Part shown: piece after piece, positions 27,971 to 39,937 of the stretch | Layout: every line of letters begins with the position of its first letter | How positions within the stretch are numbered: position 1 is the stretch's first letter | Assembly (NCBI GenBank): GCA_016906335.1 | Contig: JADEYG010000002.1 | Coordinates: forward strand, 1,426,001-1,490,000 | From: Novakomyces olei | Lineage: Eukaryota | Length of the DNA stretch: 64,000 nt | Direction: 5' to 3' | Notes under the pieces: model-generated | The model's input: the letters and a program-made list of their open reading frames with translations, nothing else | Told to the model about the DNA's origin: nothing | Database searches by the model: none | Made by a program: the position numbers and the translations under genes

Positions 27971-28390
27971 ATGGCGGCCGTCGCACAAAGCACAGTGGCG
28001 GCACTGCATACGGCACGTGTTCCGCGGCTGAATTCAGCACTCGTCAAAGTAATGCTTCGGCCGTGGGCGGAACATGCTCCGCGACTTTTACCGAAAACCT
28101 CTTTGCTCTCAGATATAGTAGCGTGGTGGCAGCGGCCCATCGGTATCATTGGAGCAGCAGCTCAAATCCTGAACGATATGATCGTGCTGAGGGCGGTCCC
28201 AAAAAAGAAGACGTCTCATTCACGGAAACGTATGCGGCAATTGGCAAGCGGCAAGCATTATAAGGACAAGAACAATTTGAATCATTGCTCTGTATGTGGC
28301 GCTATGAAGCTGGGACATCATATTTGCGGCTATTGCTATAGCGATATCAAACACGCATGGAAGCGGCAGGAACGGTCAGGGTCACATTGA
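27971..28390 (+). CDS. MRPL32: Mitochondrial ribosomal protein bL32m
   Basis: Long presequence, then AVPKKKTSHSRKRMR and CSVCG...HHICGYC. Confidence 0.92.
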   Translation: MAAVAQSTVAALHTARVPRLNSALVKVMLRPWAEHAPRLLPKTSLLSDIVAWWQRPIGIIGAAAQILNDMIVLRAVPKKKTSHSRKRMRQLASGKHYKDKNNLNHCSVCGAMKLGHHICGYCYSDIKHAWKRQERSGSH

Positions 28391-28975
28391 CCTTTCTGCT
28401 TAGTAATTTAGTCATTTTAATTGCAAGTGCAGACTATAATCTTTTACTGCGATTGGAATATTCCGTTTATTGCCAGACTACCGCTGGCTCTATGCCTTGT
28501 ATCATATTGCTTTAGAATTGATGTTTACACCGATAAGTATCTCGAGTGTTATTCGTGAATAAAAGTACCATGATTAGAGGCTCGTTTGATTATAAAAGTA
28601 TATTAATGTGAAATTAAACAAATGAACTTGATTGATATTAAACCTGAGCTTATTGCTGCACATTTTGTGCCGCAAGAATCAGTCCATTAGTATATATGGC
28701 CGCGGCCGAAAGACTATATACAGATTATAGCAGAGGAGAGAATATTAAACACAGATTAAATAGTACCAGGTGAAAAATAAAACATAAACTTGAAATTGAA
28801 AATGAAATGCCAATGAAGAAGAAATGAAATGAAGTATAAATTGATATAAAGAATAAAATGGAATTAATTATTGGAATAAAACAGACTAAAATAAACCCGA
28901 ATGGATAAATAGACTAAATTAAAATAGAGGCATAGGAAAAAATACAAGATACAATGAACTTGAGGGGCAGACAGA

Positions 28976-30368
28976 TCAAGATATGAACGTAGCCTCGCTA
29001 TACAAAATACCCTCGTCCTGCTCGGGCTCCTGTTCGTCCACTTTAACCGACAGCTTAACCCTAGTTCCATACTGGTAAATGAACGGGTTCGTGCCCGAGA
29101 CGCCCTGTGCAATACTGCGCAGCCAAGCAGGAATCTCGGCCATTACATCGATTCTGTCCAGCCGTTCTAGTTGTGTCTCTGTGCTTGCTACAACCTGCTC
29201 TCCATGCTCGCCGTGGCCTTTCCATTCAAACCGCATCGCTGTTGGCTCTGGCCAGTCTGTATCATCATCGTGTTTAGTGGCCGTTGGTGTAGCTTCATTG
29301 TCAACTGTGGCCGCTACAATCGCATCGTCTTTAGCAATCGCTCCAACGGAGACACGCGTGGATCCATAGCTCGGAGGAGTAGTAAACTCCATCATAACGG
29401 CAGAGAACTTGGGCCCTTGAAAGTTTGCAAATTTCCAAGTTGAAGCTAAATGCTGAGGCTTTCCGTTTTGCAGCGCATGAACCATCATTCCCAGACCCGC
29501 TACATCGAGCGTACTGCCCTTTACTTTAATGGTTCCGTGGCATTTTGCCCGTGGCCAAAATGTGTGCCTCATTGAACCCCAAGGATTGGCTGGATCATGG
29601 CCGTAGCTGGTAACACCATTTGCCCCGACTTTGAAGCCGGGAGCAGCTCTTTCCCATACAACATGCACGATTGTGTCGGGGTTTACATCCACGTCAAATT
29701 GGTATCGCGTCAGATCTTCCGAGAGTACGAGAGAGACACCATCCGCATGGAAATCGCAGCGGTCCTGACCGCCAAACGTGTAGTTTTGTAAGCTCGTAGA
29801 AGTGAAAATGCTGTGCTCCGGATCACGTTTGTCAAAGACTCTGCACGTAAATTGAGCCGTGGTCGTCCATGATCTAGAAACGTTAGCCTGAATAATTCAA
29901 CTGGTCTGCTTGGCACATTAATGGTGAAAAGGAGTCAAAGGCAAACAAGTTCCAAATTCGTAGACCTTTTTATTCAAACTCACCCCACATTAGAATGGAT
30001 GATTTGCGCAAAGCAAACGATTCCACTATCGGTCGTTACGTAAAATGTCTCTGTTTCCACGTGACTCGTATTCGGTGTCTCCCAACGATAGTCGCTCCGG
30101 CTCAAATCCGAATAAACGCGATCCTCAATAGTGTCCCTCACCGGAACCAAAGCTTCGGATCCATAGATCGGTTCCGCCGTGCCCGTCAAGTAGGAAAAAC
30201 TAGATCTGTCAGTTTCTCATACACAACAGATTAGGCGACGCTGTGAGCGTGTGCACTCCAGTCTGAGCGGCAAAATTTTTATTTGCATATTGCAATTGCT
30301 AAAGACCGAGGTAATGGTGCACACAGCACGCATCTTTATGCTTACTTTGAGTGCAACCACGCCTTCAT
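28976..30368 (-). CDS. SVF1: Survival factor 1 (Svf1), 3 exons
   Basis: Spliced start MKAWLHSNFSYLTGTAEPIYG, then VETETFY, FAQIIHSNVG, MRHTFWPR, MMEFTTPPSYG and YSEATFIS. Confidence 0.92.
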
Positions 30369-30452
30369 ATCTCGAGCGCGCTGGTTTAAGGATGAAATTA
30401 TTTTCAGTCGGTTACAGTACTGTACACAGTGGCCATATTACGTACGTAAAAC

Positions 30453-30552
30453 AATAATATGAATAATATGAATAATATGAATAATATGAATAATATGAAT
30501 AATATGAATAATATGAATAATATGAATAATATGAATAATATGAATAATATAA
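30453..30552. repeat. 9-bp repeat (AATAATATG) x about 11
   Basis: Directly visible between the SVF1 start and the ENP2 stop. Confidence 0.95.
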
Positions 30553-30686
30553 TTAAATTTAATTAATTAAATGCAAATATTATTATTATTATTACAATTA
30601 TACGGCCAAAATATATTCGAGTATCAATCTAGCCATCTGATTCTTTTAATCCAACCGAATTACCTATTCTACAACCCATTAAATCA

Positions 30687-32615
30687 TTACAAATTTCTAA
30701 AATAATTGCGACTCGCTGTGCGACGATCACGGCGGCGATCGGCTCCCTCGGGCTGAGATTTGTCAGACTCTGCCTTTTTCTTTTTATCCTGAACGGTAAA
30801 AGACATTTCTCTCCCGCCTTCTTTTGTCTCACGAATACCGGCACCTAACCCTTTTGTTGGCACTGCGGCCGCCTTCTGCCGTGACTGTAAGACCGATCCT
30901 AGAGACTCTTGTTTCCTGTCACGGACTGTCACATCTTCATCGACAACACGCATCCGTGGTGCCTCTCGCTTTGCGAGCTTTTGTTTCTCTATTGGCTCTT
31001 CAGCTTCCTCCTCTTCTTCTTCGTCCGATTCTTCGTCATCTTCATCATCTATTTGCATCGAGTCTTGACCAGAGTTTGCTCTTCGGGCGGAACGGGTCGG
31101 GTTCAATTGCTGATACTCTACAGTCCGTTCATCAATAGCAAAATCAGGATCTTGGAAAACGGTTCCGAACCGTTCGTCCACACCGTTCTTGTTTTCATTA
31201 TTATTGTTATTCGCCTGTAATCGATCAGCCAGAGAAGCATTGACTTTAGGCCTTGCAGCAGCTCGGATCTTGGACTCGCGCTGTTTTGCCAATTTCTCAG
31301 CAAGCGTACGCTCTCTCCATTCCTGGTGGGAATAAGGATTAGCAATAAGTTTAGCCCGCTCGTACAGCCGAGTATCCAAAAAGTATCCGTGCATATAGGG
31401 CCGTACAACATTGCTCCCTACCAGACTCGCCAGCCCAAGCGAGTCCAGTTCCTTTCGCGATACAAACTTGTAGTTATCGTACACTACGGGCACAGGGTTT
31501 TCCTCCATTTCTTCTGTCAGGGATTCCAGGAAAGAGCACCACCTCGGTGCTGGACCCAGTTGCGGTATAAAGTAGGCGTGCATAAAGGATCCTTCATTTG
31601 CAGTCATTATTAGGCCTGAATGTGGAATGACAGCCACATCGTTCACGTCAACCACTGGCTCCACTGCGGCAAAAGGAGTCGCGTTCACAGAATCCCATAT
31701 TTTTATTATTTTTTTATCCGCAGAAAGGATCTTGTTCCCGTCCAGCCAGGCCAAGGTTTTCACGGGCTCGCCATAGCCCTGGTCCTTGGTCAACAATGGC
31801 CGTGGAGACCGAATATCGTACATGACAGTGTACCCGGCCGCCGTTCCCGCAGCCAGCAGTAGTCCGTCGTGGGCAAAGGATACAGCAGTCACTCCTCCCG
31901 CTGTAGAGCTATTATAACTATTATTGCTATACATGTTGGTATTAGCCTCCCCCACTACGTCGAGCAGCCCTACACGACTCCGTGTACGCGGGTCCCAAAA
32001 CTCCATGGACCCGCTTTCGTTGCCAAACCCTAGCAGCTGGTGGGCAGGGTTAATATCGAGGGCATTAGTGCCACCGCCAGCGGTTTCCAGAGTCAACGGG
32101 TTCAGGAACCGGCCTTGTTCAAGATTGAGGCGAAAAACAGAATCGCCTGCGCCAGCGACGAAGCAGTCGCACGAGGCATAGTGGTACCGCAAGTCCCGGC
32201 CATAAGTGGGAATGCGTGTAGAGTAGTAGACGCCGCCTTGAGTGTGGAACTCGAGGCTGCGATCGGCCTGCAGATGCACACTCTTGGTCCAATCGTCCGA
32301 GAGGATCTCAAAGTTTACGTTTTCTGCGTTCGTGTGCCGATCAAATTTAAGAGACATTTCGTTGAAATCAAAGACGCGGATATGGGGCTTGTAGACGCCT
32401 GTGGCCATTGCATACTCACCGTCACGAGTAACCTTTATACGATTACTGGCCTCTGGGAACTCGTACTCTTGAAGCAGCTGGATCCGGTCTGGCTGGCCTC
32501 GATCGCGGCCGCGTTTGCGCCGCTGGCTGGTCCAGTCGGGCAGGCTGCGAGTTGTGCCCTCCCCCGCCACCGTGTACACCTTGACATCGTTGGCATTTTG
32601 AACCTTGAGCACCAT
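30687..32615 (-). CDS. ENP2: SSU processome WD40 protein Enp2/NOL10
   Basis: MVLK...VKVYTV, IQLLQEYEFPEAS, ATGVYKP, RLNLEQGRF, LGPAPRWCSFL and YMHGYF; first ATG at 32615. Confidence 0.95.
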   Translation of the reverse strand: MVLKVQNANDVKVYTVAGEGTTRSLPDWTSQRRKRGRDRGQPDRIQLLQEYEFPEASNRIKVTRDGEYAMATGVYKPHIRVFDFNEMSLKFDRHTNAENVNFEILSDDWTKSVHLQADRSLEFHTQGGVYYSTRIPTYGRDLRYHYASCDCFVAGAGDSVFRLNLEQGRFLNPLTLETAGGGTNALDINPAHQLLGFGNESGSMEFWDPRTRSRVGLLDVVGEANTNMYSNNSYNSSTAGGVTAVSFAHDGLLLAAGTAAGYTVMYDIRSPRPLLTKDQGYGEPVKTLAWLDGNKILSADKKIIKIWDSVNATPFAAVEPVVDVNDVAVIPHSGLIMTANEGSFMHAYFIPQLGPAPRWCSFLESLTEEMEENPVPVVYDNYKFVSRKELDSLGLASLVGSNVVRPYMHGYFLDTRLYERAKLIANPYSHQEWRERTLAEKLAKQRESKIRAAARPKVNASLADRLQANNNNNENKNGVDERFGTVFQDPDFAIDERTVEYQQLNPTRSARRANSGQDSMQIDDEDDEESDEEEEEEAEEPIEKQKLAKREAPRMRVVDEDVTVRDRKQESLGSVLQSRQKAAAVPTKGLGAGIRETKEGGREMSFTVQDKKKKAESDKSQPEGADRRRDRRTASRNYFRNL

Positions 32616-32759
32616 GCTAGAAAACTGCAAGAATGATTTTTTTATTAATTCTTTCTTATCGCCTTCATTATAGCTTTTTTGCTTTAGTGTTTTTTGAGAT
32701 TGGTTTTAGTTTTTTCTAGTTTTTTACTTGCCTTTTATCCCCAGTCTTATTTCTAGTAT

Positions 32760-32945
32760 TTATTTTTTATTCCTAGTTTTATTCCTAGTTTAATTCCCAT
32801 ATGTAGTGCTTTCTTTATCAGTATTAATTCCTTTTTATTCCTAGTGTTTTATATTATTTTCATTTTCAAATTCATTTCTATTTAACTCCTAGTTTTATTC
32901 CTAGTTTTATTCCTAGTTTTATTCCTAATTTATTCCTAGGTTTAT
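32760..32945. repeat. Degenerate 12-bp repeat (TTTTATTCCTAG)n in the ENP2/PAN2 divergent promoter
   Basis: Several perfect and many degenerate copies. Confidence 0.75.
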
Positions 32946-33140
32946 TTATCCCTCGCCTATCCTACGATTTCTTTTAATTCTTATCATTCAACTTTTCTAG
33001 TACACTGTTTCTTTTTATTTTTACTATTCAATTTATTAGTACACTATTCTTGCCACATCTCTTGCCAACGTATAAACGGTGAACGGCGGTACAAGCGAGC
33101 GAGGCAATGTACGCAATGCCGACGTGAGCGCACTCGGCTT

Positions 33141-36100
33141 ATGGATCAGTGGCAGGAGGCAAGTCAATAAATAATAATAGATCAAAAACAAAACACAAAA
33201 CAAGAGATCAAAATTAAAAAGACAAAAGACAAAAGATCTATAGATCTATAGGTCAAAAGACAAGAGACAATAGATCAAAATAAATCAATTCTATCTAATC
33301 AAATTCTGACAAGACAGGTATCGCGAGCGCAGCTGAGAGCGGCGCCGTCGAGTTTTGCAATCGACCGCGACTGTGAGCTCGTGTGGACGGGACTGGCAGA
33401 TGTATGACCCTTTGACACTGTTATAATTGCACTGTAACTGCACTGTAACTGCACTGTAATTACACTGTGATTACTCTGTTCAACTGCACTGTAATTGCAC
33501 TGTAATTACACTGTAATTGCACTGTTTCATTGCACTCTATAATTGCACTGTTCAATTGCACTGTGTAATTGACTGTGTAATAACACTGTAATTCACTGTA
33601 ATTGCTCTGTGATTGCACAGTGATTGCACTAGTTGCACTAAATTGCACAGTAATTCACTGTAATTACACTTTTGCAACAGTCAATTACACAGTAATTACA
33701 CAGTCAATTACACAGTCAATTACACAGTCAATTACACAGTCAATTACAACTACTTTCAGGCTAACTGTGCAGGGAACGGTTACCTCGTACGAGAGCCCCT
33801 CGCTGCAGCGGTACACGTCCTTCCGGCCGGGCGTGTCTGCAGTGTCGGCAGTTGCGCCAGTTGAGCGTGGAGTGCTGTCCCTCAACAGCGAAGGCATTGC
33901 CGTGCACAGCCGCCGAGGCCTACTGTGCGGCTCTACTGCTCTGCCAGGGCAGCAGTGCATGCACGCTGCCGGCCGCACGTCAGCGACACTCCTTGTCGGC
34001 GGAGTCGGGACACCGCTCAAGAGCATAGACGTCCATTCTCTGCGTATAACTGCCGCCAGCTCTGCCGCCCGCAATTACTGTATGCTGCAGACGCCTGGCC
34101 GCTACGTGTGCGCAGGAACTGCCACTGGCGGAGTGGACCTCTGTGATCCTGCCACACTCAAAGTTGTACACTCTGTGGCAGCGCACAGCGGCTGCCTTGC
34201 CGATATAGACGCACGGGGCCCGTCCCTGTTTACTTGTGGGTACACTCTACGCTCTGGTGGGTACGTCCTCGACCCGCTGCTCAAGATGTTTGACCTGCGC
34301 ATGCTCGGGCAGATGGTGCCTTTTACGTTTCCCGCTGGACCCGCTGCCGTACAGATCCACCCGAGGCTGCCGTCCCACGTGTACGTCGGGTCGCAGCTGG
34401 GCCAGTTTAACCTTATAGACACAGCCGAGCCGAGTCGGATAGTGCACTTTCAGACTCTGCTCGATACCCGTCTCTCTGGCTGCCGAGTCTCCTTCTCGGG
34501 AGACAGCCTCGTCCTGACTGACTCGGCGGACCAGCTCCGGCTCTGGTCCGCCTGGGCTGGTGGACTAGATAGTAGAGTGAATAGTGGGGTAGACAGTAGA
34601 ATAAATAGTAGACTAAATAGTGGACTAGACAGTAGACTAGACAGTGGACTAGTGGCTCCCTTGAGCGAGCTGCGCCGGCCACTGGAGCTGCCAGACACGC
34701 CTGCTCAGAGCAGCAGCAGCATAAAAAGGATAAGGCTGCAGGACAACTTCAACCTCGTCGGCCTGCCTTTTTACGAAAAGGCTCTCCTGTCAGGGCTCTG
34801 GCCAAGTGCTGGCTTTGACGTGGGCCTGCCAGCGGCCGGTGTGGATGACGATCTCTTACTCGCAGCCCACCGTGTCCCGGACAGAGACGGCCTGCTTGTA
34901 GCGCCAAACGTGCACGAGCTCAAGCTGCACTATCCCACCGAGTCCAGGCTGGCCAGACTGGCGAGTCTGGGCCGGCCGGGAGCTCAGCCGGCTCAATTGG
35001 CACAGCTGTTCCGCAGCGAAAAGGCGGCTGCTGATCAGGAGGGAGCAAGAGGCCCAAGAGCCTACTTTGAAGACTTACAGGATACTGAGCCTGGGCCCAC
35101 ATCAGTCCCACTGTACTGCCAGCAGCTGGAAATAAAGTACAGCCGTTTCGGAGTCGAGGATTTCGACTTTGAGTACTTTAACAAGACTCCTTTTGCCGGG
35201 CTGGAAAGCGATATTGACCATACAAACTGCAATGCTCCATTGCAGCTTTTATACTTTTCTCCTGCTTTTTGCAACGCTGCTATAGGGCACTCCCTCTCCA
35301 GCTGCTGGTGGTCGCCCTGCCTCCTGTGTGAACTGGGGTTCCTCTTCCAGATGCTTCGTGATGCACGTGGACACAATTGCCAGGCCACAAACTTTTTGAA
35401 CGCTCTTGCCTCTTTTCCTGAAGCTGCCTCGCTCGGACTCGTTCTGCCCTCGGATGGAGCTCGAGACGTAAAGGCCACTATTTCACAACAGCAGCAGCTG
35501 GTTCAAAATTTTATGAGGTTTGTGTTGCAGCACATCGAGTCGGAAGAACCACAATTAAAAGGCAGTGGTATATATGAAACTGCTCTCTGTTTAGTGTGCC
35601 AGTGCAATGCTTGCGGGTACACGACTTCACAGCCTCTGCACTCTGCCACAGTGGAACTGACTCCGCCAGATTTGCTTCTGACAGAGGTCAAAAGCGTCGC
35701 TGAAGGTGAAGCCAGCTTTGCAGCAATGGTAAACAAGACACTGGAGGGCTTTCGGCAGGAATCGACAGTGTGTAAAATGTGCAGGTCTTTAAAGCCTGCT
35801 TCTGTCCGGCAAAGGGTCGATAGGCTGCCACAGCTGATGTATTTAAATGTAAACAGCTCAGGTCCCTCAGGATGGAGGCTCTGGAGGACTCTTGGGTTCC
35901 CGGCCAAGCGGCTGGCAATTGGAATACTGGACGGCAAGTGCTTCGTGTCCGCTACCGATCCGGAACGGCACTTGCCGGGCTCGGTAGCGTACCATCTACG
36001 AGGCATTGTGTGCAAGATCCGACCAGCCTCGTCCCGCCGTACGCACTATATAACATTTGTCAATGTTCCTGCCACCTACAACTCTGATTCTGACCCTTCT

Positions 36101-37027
36101 TTTGCCGGTGGATGGTACATTTTCAACGATTTCCTGGTCAAACCTGTGCCAGAGGCGCAAGTGTTTGCCTTCCCGGGCGCTTGGAAGGTACCGGTCTGCT
36201 TTCTGTACGAGCAAGCAGGAGCAGAAAGGCCACAGCGGCATTTTGATGCGGATATAGCAATGCTGTACAAGGAGTTTAACGTCTCACAACACCCGGACCC
36301 TTCACTAGTGAGGCATAGAACTCTGGATCCACGCATGGAACAGCCAGGGCCGGATACTCTTATTGCTATTGACGCCGAATTTGTGGCTCTACGGCTCGAG
36401 GAGTCAGAGGTTAATAGCGACAGTGTTAAAACGACAATCAGACCCAGTCGGCTATCACTGGCTCGCGTCTCTGTGCTGAGGGATACGGGTGAGCCTTTTA
36501 TCGACGATTACGTGGTAACCACAACGGACCGTATTGTCGATTATTTGACGGAATTTTCCGGTATTTATGAGGGCGATCTGGACCCGGCCCGGTCCCGGCA
36601 CACCCTTGTGCCACTCAAAATTGCGTATAAAAAGCTGCGGTTGCTGGCCAGCCTCGGATGCAAGTTTATCGGCCATGGATTAGCCAAGGATTTTAGAATA
36701 ATCAACCTGATCGTGGGGCCAGAACAGATTATTGATACGGTAGAGCTGTTTTACTTGCGAAGCCGGCAGCGTAAACTGTCGCTCCGGTTCCTTGCATGGT
36801 ACCTCCTCGACGAGGATATCCAGCAAGTCACACACGATTCTATTGAGGACGCGAGAACGGCTCTTTTGCTGTATAAAAAGTACCTCGAATTGGAACGTTT
36901 GGGGACGCTGGAACAGACATTGCAAGCTCTGTATCGCGACGGACGACCCTACAATTACCGGCCGCCGGGTGGAGGAGCACGCCGGCCTGATACAGTGCCG
37001 TCCGCTCCGGGCACGCCCGTCCGTTGA
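33141..37027 (+). CDS. PAN2: PAN2-PAN3 deadenylase catalytic subunit; introns 33159-33317 (GC-AG) and 33402-33772
   Basis: MDQWQE|VSRAQ...DRDCELVWTG|GTVTSY...LQRYTSF WD40 region; IKYSRFGVEDFDFEYFNKT; pseudo-USP domain (CLLCELGFLF); DEDD nuclease motifs IDAEF, GHGL and HDSIEDA. Confidence 0.95.
33424..33748. repeat. Degenerate 11-12-bp repeats (CACTGTAATTG / ATTACACAGTCA) in PAN2 intron 2, with inverted halves
   Basis: 33560-33581 is the exact reverse complement of 33695-33716. Confidence 0.9.
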
Positions 37028-37049
37028 CGTAAAGCAGCATACTCGAATT

Positions 37050-37635
37050 TATGAATCTAAAAGAATATGAATCTAAAAGATATGAATGTAAAAGAGTATG
37101 AATGTAAAGAGTATAAATGTAAAAGAGTATGAATGTAAAGAGTATGAAAGAGTGTGAATGTAAAAGAGTATGAATGTAAAAGAGTATGAATGTAAAAGAG
37201 TATGAATGTAAAAGAGTATGAATGTAAAAGATAAGAATGTAAAGAGTATGAAACTAAAAGAGTATGAATCTAAAAGATATGAATCTAAAAGAATTTGAAA
37301 TTAAAAGATATGAATGTAAAGAGTATAAATGTAAAAGAGTATGAATCCAAAAGATATGAATCTAAAAGAATTTGAAACTAAAAGATATGAATGTGAAGAG
37401 TATAAATGTAAAAGAGTATAAATGTAAAGAGTATGAATGTAAAGAGTATGAATGTAAAGAGTATGAATGTAAAGAGTATGAATGTAAAGAGTATGAATGT
37501 AAAGAGTATGAATGTAAAGAGTATAAATGTAAAAGAGTATAAATGTAAAGAGTATAAATGTAACGAGTATAAATGTAAAGAGTATGAATGTAAAGAGTAT
37601 GAATGTAAAGAGTATGAACGTAAAAGAGTATGAAT
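37050..37635. repeat. 15/16-bp minisatellite (GAGTATGAATGTAAA[A])n between convergent PAN2 and TCO89
   Basis: About 35 variably degenerate units; explains the spurious ORFs at 37301-37722. Confidence 0.95.
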
Positions 37636-37749
37636 GAATATAGTCCGTACATGATTGCCAAAGTATACATATATACACATAAACTTGTGAGAGTACAGGC
37701 ACAGTTTTACAAGTGGACTCAATTGTAATTTAAAAAAAGGGTAAAAATA

Positions 37750-39342
37750 TCACTCTTCAGCAGCCTCGTCCCATAACCTGGCCAAAGCCTTGTCAATATC
37801 ACCAGACATGCGTTCACGTACCTCCATATAAGGCGGAACAGTCGGAGGAGTGGCGCGCGTTGTGCGAGGGGAAGTGTGCCGCGGAAGAGCACGAGAATAG
37901 CTAGACGAAATATCGGCAAACCGGCTTCCGTAGCCCGATCCAGATTTCCCCGATCCCGCTTCGCCAGCGGCTCCGGCCGATTTCAAAGAGACAGATCCAT
38001 CTGCAGCACTGGCATTGACCGTTCGATTAAGTGCCTCCATTAGGGGATTACGGAACCGTAACAAGTTGTTGTATTCCTTTGTTACCCGCTCAGATTCCTG
38101 GCGAAAACGAGGGTGTTGCTGGAACTTTGCGGCACCTTCTCCTCCTGATCCAGTCCCGTTATTGTACATCAGACCGCTGCTGCTATCATCATCAGCAATA
38201 CTGGAAGCACGTTGCAATAACAGCTTCTGCTGTGTTCGGGACACAGTCCCCGTGGCAATTCTGTCAACAGGAGCAGCAGCGTTACTTGACGGCCTCTGAG
38301 GAACGAATTGAGGGGGCTCAAACGGTCCAGAGGATATAGGCGACCTCGCTCCATCTGCGAGCGAAGCACTCGTGAAACGAGAAGTTATTTGCGGTACACT
38401 CGAAGATTGAGACCCGGCTATTGAGGCCGGTGTCTGTGCCGCGTTATAGTCTGGTCGGGCCAGCTCGTTGGCCAATACTGTATCTGTAAGTAGAGCTGGT
38501 TTTGCCGTATCTTTGTAGGGATTGGTGGAGCTATTTGGAGGGGTTTGCTGTCCATAACCGCTAATGCCAATGGCAGCCGGACCTGTAGTACTGTCACCGT
38601 CGCCCTCGCTTGTAGTCCCACTGACTCCAACTCCTCTGCCTATACCCCCACCAGTACCCCCACCTGTGCCCCCACCTGTGCCCCCACCAGTACCCCCACC
38701 AGTACCCCCACCAGTACCCCCACCAGTACCCCCACCTGTACCCCCACCTACTCCTCTACCTAAATCCCCACTGATACCCCCACTTGCAGGTCCATCCTCG
38801 TGCTTATTCCCACTATCATTCGCAGCATTATTCGCGTCCGTTTCCCCTTCACCCTCTTCGTCTGCTTGTTCATCCTCCTCGTTTGCCGCATCATCACCAG
38901 TCATAAATGTTATTTTGGCCTTGGACGGCCGATGCTCGAGCGGCCGACTAGAGCCAGAATGGTCATGGCGCCGTACAGACACTTGGCTGTTTATACGGTG
39001 AAAGCTTCCTCGGCGTGTAGCTTTGCGCATACTACCCAGATCTGCCGAAGATCGTGCACGGTGAGCGAGAGCGTGGCCCGAAGGTGTCCTCTGCAAGGAG
39101 CCACGGGGCAGTTTAGAGGTAGAGGCATGCGAATTCTCAGGCGGCTCTTCTTCTCCGGCTGCCACCGTCAACGGGCCCAGGCCTTTAGGCAGTTTGCTCA
39201 ATCGGCCGTGCGAGGGAACGCGAGCATGAAGGCCGTGTCGAGCAGGATTAACGACAACATGCCGCTTTGCCGACCGATGGCCTTCTTCGTCGGACGTATA
39301 GCTTTTAGACCGAGGCAGCGACGGCCGACGGTCGGTTACCAT
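37750..39342 (-). CDS. TCO89: TORC1 subunit Tco89-like protein
   Basis: Low-complexity protein with SRTQQKLLLQRAS and ERVTKEYNNLLRFRNPL, resembling the TCO89 conserved block. Confidence 0.72.
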   Translation of the reverse strand: MVTDRRPSLPRSKSYTSDEEGHRSAKRHVVVNPARHGLHARVPSHGRLSKLPKGLGPLTVAAGEEEPPENSHASTSKLPRGSLQRTPSGHALAHRARSSADLGSMRKATRRGSFHRINSQVSVRRHDHSGSSRPLEHRPSKAKITFMTGDDAANEEDEQADEEGEGETDANNAANDSGNKHEDGPASGGISGDLGRGVGGGTGGGTGGGTGGGTGGGTGGGTGGGTGGGTGGGIGRGVGVSGTTSEGDGDSTTGPAAIGISGYGQQTPPNSSTNPYKDTAKPALLTDTVLANELARPDYNAAQTPASIAGSQSSSVPQITSRFTSASLADGARSPISSGPFEPPQFVPQRPSSNAAAPVDRIATGTVSRTQQKLLLQRASSIADDDSSSGLMYNNGTGSGGEGAAKFQQHPRFRQESERVTKEYNNLLRFRNPLMEALNRTVNASAADGSVSLKSAGAAGEAGSGKSGSGYGSRFADISSSYSRALPRHTSPRTTRATPPTVPPYMEVRERMSGDIDKALARLWDEAAEE

Positions 39343-39495
39343 ACCGCTTTCCAGTAGACGCGCGTATTATGGCTTTGCTTAATGCATATTGCCGAGCGTA
39401 AAGCTCATTGCCGCTGCCTTTACGTTGTGCTAATGTTCATTTTGTCGTAATATCTACTTCTTTATTATTATCAATTATTGAGTTAATTGAAATTC

Positions 39496-39860
39496 AATTA
39501 GATATAATTAGATATAATTAGATACAATTAGATACAATTAGATATAATTAAATATAATTAGATATAATTAGATACAATTAGATATAATTAGATACAATTA
39601 GATATAATTAAATAATAAAATATAATTAGATATAATTAAATATAATTAGATACAATTAGATATAATTAAATATAATTAGATATAATTAGATATAATTAGA
39701 TATAATTAGATATTAATTACTGATATCAATTATTATTCAATAATTAGTTATTCAATTACTGTTCAATAATTATTCAACTATTATTCAACTATTATTCAAC
39801 TATTATTCAACTATCAATTATTATCAATTATTATCAATTATTATCAATTATTGTTCAAAT
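39496..39860. repeat. 10-bp repeat (AATTAGATAT)n followed by (TATTATTCAAC)/(TTATCAATTA) repeats
   Basis: Directly visible in a divergent spacer. Confidence 0.93.
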
Positions 39861-39937
39861 AAACTACACTATATCGAGTCAATCTGCTCCCGCAGCCACT
39901 TGCAAGCGAGACGAGTATGAGTATACAAAGCAGATAG

